From a virus (taxonomy: Duplodnaviria; Caudoviricetes): a stretch of 35,663 bases of DNA. The position numbers and the translations under genes are program-made. Shown here piece after piece: positions 1-6,082 of the stretch; position 1 is the stretch's first letter; each line of letters begins with the position of its first letter. The DNA lies in the IMG/VR virus record IMGVR_UViG_3300048998_000032, positions 1-35,663 of that record; one strand, written 5' to 3'. The notes beneath the pieces are model-generated. The model made no database searches, was not told where the DNA came from, and worked only from the letters and a program-made list of their open reading frames with translations.

Positions 1-54
1 CATAGTCCCCGGACGGTGAGATGATCTCGAAGATCATCCCGTTGATGATGTGGT

Positions 55-252
55 TCAGTGGCGAGGTATCCCGGCCAGTCGCATAACGGATGCCACGATG
101 TCCTGCGGCCCCTTGAGTGTCCACCATCCGTCTTCACCTTTCACGAGAGTAAGCACGTTGTTGACCTGGTTGCTTGCAGCAACCTCCACGCGCAGTCTGG
201 CGATCTGACGACCGTTGAACTTACGCTTGACTTCGATGATGCCTCTAGGCAT
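55..252 (-). CDS. hypothetical protein, 65 aa
   Basis: ORF with GAGGGG RBS before the ATG; packed tightly with neighbouring leftward ORFs. Confidence 0.7.
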   Translation of the reverse strand: MPRGIIEVKRKFNGRQIARLRVEVAASNQVNNVLTLVKGEDGWWTLKGPQDIVASVMRLAGIPRH

Positions 253-263
253 CGTACACCCCC

Positions 264-587
264 TCAGGACGCCGGAGCGAGCTCCGAGATGTCGTCGGGA
301 ATGATCGGGTCGTGCTTACGCTTGCAGGTGTTACCGTCTTCCGTGACGGTCAGGACGGCAGTATCGTCGCCCATGCTCACAGAAACGGTGCCCGGCTTGT
401 CCCAGTCCCGGTTCAGAACATCGACCAGGCTGGGAGCCAGGTCAAGGCCGACCGACTGTTCGAGGTACAGATCGTTTGCGAACTGTGCCTGAACGGTAGC
501 CCACACAAAAGCCCAACCACCGAAGCAGCAGTTGAAGTCCTGAGTGAAGCCGTCCTGAATGCCACCGGTAATCTTTACCGTTGCCAT
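264..587 (-). CDS. hypothetical protein, 107 aa
   Basis: GAGGGAG RBS before the ATG; directly downstream of promoter element 613-677. Confidence 0.8.
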   Translation of the reverse strand: MATVKITGGIQDGFTQDFNCCFGGWAFVWATVQAQFANDLYLEQSVGLDLAPSLVDVLNRDWDKPGTVSVSMGDDTAVLTVTEDGNTCKRKHDPIIPDDISELAPAS

Positions 588-612
588 GTCTCTCCCTCGA
601 TTTGCTGTCTCG

Positions 613-677
613 GTTGGTCCTGATAGACCAACACCGCGAACCTACCATCGGCAGATTCACGATGCAAGTGCATCAGG
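613..677 (-). promoter_or_regulatory. repeated promoter/hairpin element, copy 1 (TTGCAT-N17-TAGGTT)
   Basis: -35 at 667-662 and -10 at 644-639 inside a ~28-bp imperfect hairpin, followed by a TTGGTC..GACCAA hairpin; homologous to 1724-1787 and 3224-3286. Confidence 0.75.
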
Positions 678-984
678 CGAGGTTGATTCCTTCGCTCATG
701 AGCCAGGAGAAGTGCACCGTGTACTCACGATGCTGTAGGCCGCCGTAGACGGCCATTCTCCATGTCCAGTGCTCGCCCTCGATAGGGTAGAGCATGACAT
801 CGGAGCAGGCCGGTATCTGGATGCCATCGGGCATCATTACCGGCTCAATGACCAGAGCCTTCTTGCCGTACATCTTCGGGTTATTGATCCCCTTAGGCTT
901 CTCCGCCTGGGACTCTATCCAGGCTTGGCAGTTTGTGCAACAGCCGGAACCTCCGAGATGAAGCGACGCCTGATCTACCATCAT
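673..984 (-). CDS. hypothetical protein, 103 aa, with a CxxC motif
   Basis: 4-nt ATGA overlap with upstream ORF 981-1388; GAGG RBS; CCTNC motif. Confidence 0.75.
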   Translation of the reverse strand: MMVDQASLHLGGSGCCTNCQAWIESQAEKPKGINNPKMYGKKALVIEPVMMPDGIQIPACSDVMLYPIEGEHWTWRMAVYGGLQHREYTVHFSWLMSEGINLA

Positions 985-1388
985 CTCACCTCACTGTAGT
1001 GCATCATCTTGAGCCATTCCATGTACACATTCGGAATGACTTCGATGCTGTGCCATGACGCGCCCTGATGGGCCATGTCATTGATCCCTTGGGCGTGGTG
1101 CAGAGCGTACTCGCTCAGACCGAGCCACCCTGCACCAATCAGCAGGTCCAGGGTCAGGACGCCTTGAGCGTCCCGTGAATCAGCGAGCTGATCCTCACCA
1201 TACCCCATGGCTACCATAATGGCATCCAGAAGGCGCGGTGAGCGACTGAACGGCTCTTGCTTGCAGCAGTGTTGCGCCGCTTGCATGAACCCTACATCGT
1301 CTCTAGCCATTGTGCAACCCCTCGATAGACTGAGTAGTCCGAACCGCATCCACAGGGGATCGAACCCCATGGATGCGACTCTAATCAC
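981..1388 (-). CDS. hypothetical protein, 135 aa
   Basis: ORF packed between 1397 and 984; start codon uncertain. Confidence 0.7.
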   Translation of the reverse strand: MIRVASMGFDPLWMRFGLLSLSRGCTMARDDVGFMQAAQHCCKQEPFSRSPRLLDAIMVAMGYGEDQLADSRDAQGVLTLDLLIGAGWLGLSEYALHHAQGINDMAHQGASWHSIEVIPNVYMEWLKMMHYSEVR

Positions 1389-1396
1389 TCACTCAT

Positions 1397-1699
1397 TCAC
1401 GCTGCCATGGGCAGCGGTTCGTACGGCGTCACCGTGTAGGTGAAGATCGTGGCACCCTCGGTACCCAGGTGCATAGTCCCGAAGTCCGGCAGTGCCTGCC
1501 GGGCGATGCCCATCGAGTAGTCGAACATCTCGGCCCACTTCTCGTCGGCCAGACCCTCGGCCTTGAGCTTGGACCAGCGCATTTCCAGGTCACGGTGGAC
1601 CTGGCGCCAGGCCAGCTCAATGGTCGGGTGTGAGCTTTCGCTCACCACCGTACCACCCAGGTCCGTAACGGTCAAGGTGGATTCCATCTTGCGAGGCAT
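1397..1699 (-). CDS. hypothetical protein, ~100 aa
   Basis: start moved to ATG 1699, which follows GAGGGAG; downstream of promoter copy 2. Confidence 0.75.
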   Translation of the reverse strand: MPRKMESTLTVTDLGGTVVSESSHPTIELAWRQVHRDLEMRWSKLKAEGLADEKWAEMFDYSMGIARQALPDFGTMHLGTEGATIFTYTVTPYEPLPMAA

Positions 1700-1723
1700 A
1701 TCCGTCTCCCTCATGCTCTATGC

Positions 1724-1787
1724 TTGGTTCTGATGAACCAACACCATCACCCTACACTCGGTAGAGGGATGATGCAAGACCATCAGG
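1724..1787 (-). promoter_or_regulatory. repeated promoter/hairpin element, copy 2 (TTGCAT-N17-TAGGGT)
   Basis: -35 at 1777-1772, -10 at 1754-1749; same architecture as copy 1 with compensatory changes. Confidence 0.75.
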
Positions 1788-1788
1788 T

Positions 1789-1893
1789 CTACTTGTCTAG
1801 TGGAGCCAGAAGGCTCAGCTTGTCACTGAACGGGTTAATCAGTGGAGCAATGAACCCGAACAGGACGATCAGCTCGAACAGGTGCTCTGTCAC
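1789..1893 (-). CDS. small hydrophobic peptide, 34 aa (MTEHLFELIVLFGFIAPLINPFSDKLSLLAPLDK)
   Basis: not in the ORF track; GTG overlaps the TGA of ORF 1890-2162 (GTGA); AGGAG RBS; fills the gap exactly. Confidence 0.6.
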   Translation of the reverse strand: MTEHLFELIVLFGFIAPLINPFSDKLSLLAPLDK

Positions 1894-2162
1894 CAGGGGC
1901 TCCTGACGCTGTTGTCCTTGCGGTACGTGGTCGGCTTAGGAGCGAACCACAGTTCGCCTGTGGTGTTCCTCTGCCGCAGTGAAGGCGCCTTGCTGGCCTT
2001 CACCCTACCACGTCCTCCCGTGTCCTTGGATACACCATCGTCGTATTCGAGTGACGGTGCTCCGTTGCCGACCTGCATCCGCCGTTTGGCAACAGCCTTG
2101 CGTGCCTCTCGGCCCCGCTTGCTGCCGTCCTTCGGCTTGAGCATCGGATTCTTGAGACCCAT
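1890..2162 (-). CDS. basic (K/R-rich) hypothetical protein, 90 aa
   Basis: start moved to ATG 2162 after GGAGG; the upstream part of track ORF 1890-2405 lies in structured non-coding sequence. Confidence 0.7.
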   Translation of the reverse strand: MGLKNPMLKPKDGSKRGREARKAVAKRRMQVGNGAPSLEYDDGVSKDTGGRGRVKASKAPSLRQRNTTGELWFAPKPTTYRKDNSVRSPW

Positions 2163-2169
2163 CGTAACC

Positions 2170-2606
2170 TCCGTTGGATTGCTTGTCCACCAGGACTCAC
2201 CGAAGTCTGGAATGTTGCTCCCTCCGTATTCGGTGAACCCCGGAAGACCTTCGTTCCGGCCTGTGTGCCTCACACCTTGCGGTGTGTGGCCCGTTGGCCG
2301 ATCCGAAGAATCTTGGGAGATTCTTGGATCCGAATGCCAATGAGATCCTACCCCATCGCTCATTCGTCGTGCAAGCCTAAACACGAATCTCGTCACCATC
2401 CCCAACCGTCAGTGGTCCAACGGGGTACCAGAGATGTTTACCGATCAACCGGCAAGCACTGTATCATTGCAACGCGCTGGCAGTCCAGTTCCACGTTCGC
2501 CCGGCACCGAGTGGTCAGGACTCACCTGATTCCACGGTGGGAAACCTCCCGCAAGGGAGATCGTACCCCGGTAACTCTCGCTTCCCTATCGTGCGGCACA
2601 CGCCAC
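2170..2606 (-). ncRNA. candidate large structured ncRNA or 5' leader (~440 nt)
   Basis: promoter TTGACA(2641-2636)-N17-AAGACT; long-range helix CGGGGTAC/GTACCCCG (2570-2563 with 2428-2421) enclosing several hairpins; more hairpins down to 2170, including a GCAA tetraloop. Confidence 0.5.
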
Positions 2607-2612
2607 GTGATA

Positions 2613-2641
2613 AGTCTTCACACTGTAAGCCCGCCTGTCAA
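2613..2641 (-). promoter_or_regulatory. sigma70/HrdB-type promoter TTGACA-N17-AAGACT
   Basis: consensus -35 with 17-nt spacer; -35 lies inside the TGTCAAG..CTTGACA inverted repeat (2636-2660). Confidence 0.55.
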
Positions 2642-2644
2642 GTA

Positions 2645-2850
2645 GGACGTTCCCTTGACATCGGCCGCCTAAGCGGCTGTGACCTTCGGGGCTGGTGTAG
2701 CGCTCCCTTACGTTGCCGCAAGAGTCAACCCTCATCGGACAGCTTCCCCGTGGTTTCACACGGGCTCGCAGTGTTGCATGTAGTTGGTAGGCCCGGACCG
2801 CGCCTTGCAGGGCTGGTCTGCCTGTTGCGCCAGGTTCGGCGCCTCGTTCT
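2645..2850 (-). ncRNA. candidate structured ncRNA (~200 nt)
   Basis: follows the promoter at 2885; consecutive hairpins (GCGCC/GGCGC, CCGTG/CACGG, CTCTTGC/GTAAGGG, GCCGC/GCGGC); no RBS-led ORF. Confidence 0.4.
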
Positions 2851-2856
2851 GGTGTA

Positions 2857-2885
2857 ACCCTACACCCCGTTGCCGGGGCTGTCAA
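2857..2885 (-). promoter_or_regulatory. promoter TTGACA-N17-TAGGGT with a GCAA-loop hairpin in the spacer
   Basis: near-perfect actinobacterial housekeeping consensus; spacer GCCCCG-GCAA-CGGGGT. Confidence 0.7.
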
Positions 2886-2970
2886 GCCCTGGTCTGTCGA
2901 TCCGCATCGGATGGCAGGGAACAACCTGCGTTCCCCGGTCCGACTTGGATGCCTAGCCCCAGGTGGTGAA

Positions 2971-3001
2971 ACCTTACCACACCTTGCGGTGTGTCTGTCA
3001 A
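2971..3001 (-). promoter_or_regulatory. possible promoter TTGACA-N19-TAAGGT with a GCAA-loop hairpin in the spacer
   Basis: consensus -35 but long spacer; CACACC-GCAA-GGTGTG hairpin is repeated exactly at 2271-2287. Confidence 0.45.
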
Positions 3002-3223
3002 GTCCGGATCGTTTCGACCGAAGCCGTGTGACCGAACCTAACGGTGCGAGCTTACCAGCTCCCCCCGGCTCCCGCAACTCCTGTCCTACAGCTTCCCGCC
3101 CGACGTTCCGGACGGTCCGCCAGGACCGATCATGCGGGTACCTAGGGAGCCTGTAGAGCCTGCGGTGGAGAGCGTACCACAGGTAGAGGCCCATGGGGCT
3201 TGCCTGCCTTGCACGCTGTCCGG

Positions 3224-3286
3224 CTGGTCTAGAAGACCAACACCGTCACCCTAGCATGAGCTAGGGGAACGATGCAAGTGCTCTAG
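3224..3286 (-). promoter_or_regulatory. repeated promoter/hairpin element, copy 3 (TTGCAT-N18-TAGGGT)
   Basis: -35 at 3277-3272, -10 at 3253-3248; 27-bp imperfect hairpin; followed by non-coding structured sequence rather than a gene. Confidence 0.75.
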
Positions 3287-3489
3287 CTGAACGCGTTGAA
3301 CGGGGTGGAGCGGTTCCGGCACTCGGCCAGGTTGATACCCAGGGTATCCGCCAGGTTGGAGAGCTTGAACAGGTTCTGCTCAAGCCCGATCGGGCCGGTC
3401 TGCCGTTCCATCTTCCGGGCGGTCCCGCCCATCCGGCGGGCCGCTTCCTGTGCAACCCCAAGGTAGCGCATCCCCTGCGTGCTGTCCAT
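3283..3489 (-). CDS. hypothetical protein, 68 aa
   Basis: GGGAGG RBS; own promoter at 3531-3559. Confidence 0.75.
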   Translation of the reverse strand: MDSTQGMRYLGVAQEAARRMGGTARKMERQTGPIGLEQNLFKLSNLADTLGINLAECRNRSTPFNAFS

Positions 3490-3530
3490 CGCTGGCCTCC
3501 CGGTCGGTGTGTTCGTTGCTGACAGGGATA

Positions 3531-3559
3531 ACTCTGCTCCCCTCGGGCACCCCTGTCAA
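3531..3559 (-). promoter_or_regulatory. promoter TTGACA-N17-CAGAGT
   Basis: consensus -35, 17-nt spacer; bracketed by a TGACAGGG/CCCTGTCA inverted repeat. Confidence 0.55.
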
Positions 3560-3571
3560 GGGGGTAGCCCG

Positions 3572-3587
3572 TGTGACCTAGGTCACA
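3572..3587. promoter_or_regulatory. perfect 16-bp palindrome TGTGACCTAGGTCACA, CRP/GlxR-type operator
   Basis: exact match to TGTGA-N6-TCACA, between two leftward promoters. Confidence 0.55.
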
Positions 3588-3619
3588 TCGTGTACGTGAG
3601 TAACGAAGGAACACGCGCG

Positions 3620-3648
3620 TACCTACCATGGCTGACCTAGTGTGTCAA
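3620..3648 (-). promoter_or_regulatory. possible promoter TTGACA-N17-TAGGTA
   Basis: consensus -35, 17-nt spacer; -10 lacks the final T. Confidence 0.4.
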
Positions 3649-3751
3649 TGGGTGTGGTGTGTGGTGTTGGGCACATAGTCAAAAACAGACAGACCGTTCT
3701 GTCTACCCCACCTATACAGTGTACAGTTACAGGATTATTACCCTAAAACCC

Positions 3752-3780
3752 TTGACATCAGGGCTTGACCCGGGCATACT
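3752..3780 (+). promoter_or_regulatory. rightward promoter TTGACA-N17-CATACT
   Basis: consensus -35 and 17-nt spacer, pointing toward the terminase operon. Confidence 0.55.
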
Positions 3781-3881
3781 TAACCCGGCCCCACCCCCCT
3801 GTACCTACTATCTACCCGTAAATTTCCTCCCAACGCTCTGACCTGCATGTATAGTGTGCTAGGCAAGCCATCGCACACCAG

Positions 3882-4135
3882 TTTCAAAGCTAAGGGTATA
3901 AGCTTTGAAATATACCTCCCTATATATATAGTGAGAGCTTCGCTAGAAGCTCGAACGCTTCAGCTCTCACCCTAACAGTGAGACCCTAAGGTCTCACACT
4001 CACAGCGGTTCGTTTAGCTCACCGCTGCTAGGAAGCCCCAAGGCTTCCTTTGGGGAAGCCTCGGAGCGGAATTATGGAAGCGGAGAGGCTGGGGACTTCA
4101 GTCCTGGCGGACGTTCGTCCCCTCTAGAGCGGAGG
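3882..4135. repeat. AT-rich cluster of inverted repeats (candidate origin or packaging region)
   Basis: TTTCAAAGCT/AGCTTTGAAA (3882-3910), (TA)5 at 3921-3930, GTGAGAGCT/AGCTCTCAC, GTGAGACC/GGTCTCAC, GGAAGCC/GGCTTCC. Confidence 0.55.
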
Positions 4136-4156
4136 GACTGCTGGAACGGAGCGATA

Positions 4157-6082
4157 GTGCCAAAGAGGGATTACAGGGCTAAGGCCCTGTCGGCTGATGA
4201 AGCCAAGAGGGTGTACCTCGATGGTATCGCAGCGGGACTCAGCAGACTAGACGCTCTCGCGCCTACGGGGCGCTCAAGCATTAAAACCGTTGACAACTGG
4301 ATGGCGAGTGACCGCGAGTTCGCGGAACGAGTCAAGGACATCCGCATCGGACGCACCGAGGCTAAGACCCGTGGTGTGGACCAGGACGTAGCGAACATTG
4401 GGTTCGCCGATTGGCGTAAGCAGTTCCTGGGTGTGGACACGTTCCCCCACCAGCAGGCATGGATCGACCTTCTGGAAGGTCGTGAGTACACTCCTCGCCA
4501 GGGCGAGACCTATGAGCCTTCTGACCTTAACCGCCTCATCGTCAACGTCCCGCCGTTCCATGCCAAGTCTTCTACGCTGACCATCGACTATCCGGTCTAC
4601 CGGATCTGCATGAACCCGAACGTTCGTATCATCATCGTCTCTAAGCGTCTGGACCAGGCCAAGAAGTTCCTGTACGCTATCAAGACCCGGCTGACATCTA
4701 ACCGCTTCGCTGCCCTTCAGGCAGCTTATGCACCCGAGGGTGGCTTTAAGCCCGACCGCGCTGACGGCGCGTCCTGGGGTATGGAGAAGATCTACGTCAG
4801 GGGCGTTGACTCCGGCGAGAAAGATCCCACCGTAGAAGCCCTGGGCATGGGTGGTCAGATCTATGGTAGCCGCGCGGACCTGATCATCATGGATGACTGC
4901 ATCGTGATGTCCAACGCTGGACAATCTGAGCAGCAGATTGCCTGGATTGAGTCCGAGGTTGAGAACCGAGTCCGTGACGGCAAGATCCTGATCGTAGGCA
5001 CCAGGCTTTCACCTAAGGACATGTACAAGGAACTCCGTAACGGAGACCGGTACCTGTCTGGTAGGAGCCCCTGGGGCTACCTGCGGCAGCCTGCGGTGCT
5101 GAGGTACGACGAAGACCCCGAGAAGTGGGAGACCCTCTGGCCCTACTCCACGTCTCCTATGGAGACGGGGCAGAAGCCGGACGAGAATGGCATGTATCCC
5201 GCGTGGCCGGGGCCACGGATGCACATGGAGCGCAATAAGAAGCCTCCGCGCATCTGGGCGCTGGTTTACCAGCAGGAAGACATCTCCGACGATTCAGTGT
5301 TCCATCCGACCTGTGTTGCCGGATCGGTGAACCGTATGCGCAAACCAGGGCCTATGGCCGCTGGTGCCCCTGGCCATGCCCCTAACGGCATGGAGGGTCA
5401 GTACATCATCGCCTCTATGGACCCTGCTATGACCGGAGATACGTTCTCCCTGGTGATGGCAGTGGACAAGTACGCTGATGCTGGCAAGGTTAACCGCAGA
5501 ATCCTGAACGCCTGGCTCAAGACTTCACCTACACCAGCCTACATCCGTGACCACATCAAGATGGTGACCGAGCAGTTCGGTGTAGATGAGTGGGTCATCG
5601 AGCAGAACGCATTCCAGCTATTCCTCATCCACGATGAGGACATCAACCGCTACCTTCAGCAGCGTGGTGTGAAGCTGACGCCTCACTATACCAGCCGGAA
5701 CAAGCAGGACCCGGACTTCGGTGTAGCCTCTGTGGCTCCACTGTTCGGTAACCTCATCCAACGTCCCGATGGCCACAGGAACGGTGTCGATCACGCAGGT
5801 GATCACATCATTGAACTGCCCGATCCTGACAAATCCGAGGGCATTAAGGCCCTGATCGAGCAGCTCACGTCCTGGCAGCCCGGTAAACTGGGCAAGGAAC
5901 TGAAGATGGATGGGCCTATGGCCCTATGGTTTGCTGAGCTAAGGGCTCGATCCCTCATGGGGATCGGCCGCAAGAGCCAGAAAACACACCTTGATAATCC
6001 GTATCTGTCCCGTTCCGACAGGGCCAAGCAGTCCGTCGTGACCACGGAGGCTTTTAGAAAGCTAATGGAAGAGAGATTCTAG
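4157..6082 (+). CDS. terL: terminase large subunit
   Basis: Q-motif HQQAW, Walker A-like VPPFHAKS, Walker B LIIMDD, coupling motif VGT, nuclease ASMDPA, IEQNAFQ, C-terminal DGPMALW. Confidence 0.93.
   Translation: MPKRDYRAKALSADEAKRVYLDGIAAGLSRLDALAPTGRSSIKTVDNWMASDREFAERVKDIRIGRTEAKTRGVDQDVANIGFADWRKQFLGVDTFPHQQAWIDLLEGREYTPRQGETYEPSDLNRLIVNVPPFHAKSSTLTIDYPVYRICMNPNVRIIIVSKRLDQAKKFLYAIKTRLTSNRFAALQAAYAPEGGFKPDRADGASWGMEKIYVRGVDSGEKDPTVEALGMGGQIYGSRADLIIMDDCIVMSNAGQSEQQIAWIESEVENRVRDGKILIVGTRLSPKDMYKELRNGDRYLSGRSPWGYLRQPAVLRYDEDPEKWETLWPYSTSPMETGQKPDENGMYPAWPGPRMHMERNKKPPRIWALVYQQEDISDDSVFHPTCVAGSVNRMRKPGPMAAGAPGHAPNGMEGQYIIASMDPAMTGDTFSLVMAVDKYADAGKVNRRILNAWLKTSPTPAYIRDHIKMVTEQFGVDEWVIEQNAFQLFLIHDEDINRYLQQRGVKLTPHYTSRNKQDPDFGVASVAPLFGNLIQRPDGHRNGVDHAGDHIIELPDPDKSEGIKALIEQLTSWQPGKLGKELKMDGPMALWFAELRARSLMGIGRKSQKTHLDNPYLSRSDRAKQSVVTTEAFRKLMEERF

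Noticed and set aside
1-54. partial minus-strand ORF running off the left edge
   Set aside because: Too short and start ambiguous; cannot be supported from this window.
2655-2690. rightward promoter from TTGACA at 2655
   Set aside because: No acceptable -10 at 16-18 nt; better explained as one arm of the inverted repeat with 2636-2642.
2700-2765. hammerhead ribozyme on the minus strand (CCGATGAG, GAAAC)
   Set aside because: Core reads CCGAUGA, not CUGAUGA, and I could not build the three flanking stems.
2586-3194. 202-aa minus ORF across the structured island
   Set aside because: No SD, R/G/P-rich composition typical of non-coding GC-rich DNA, and crossed by three promoter-like elements.
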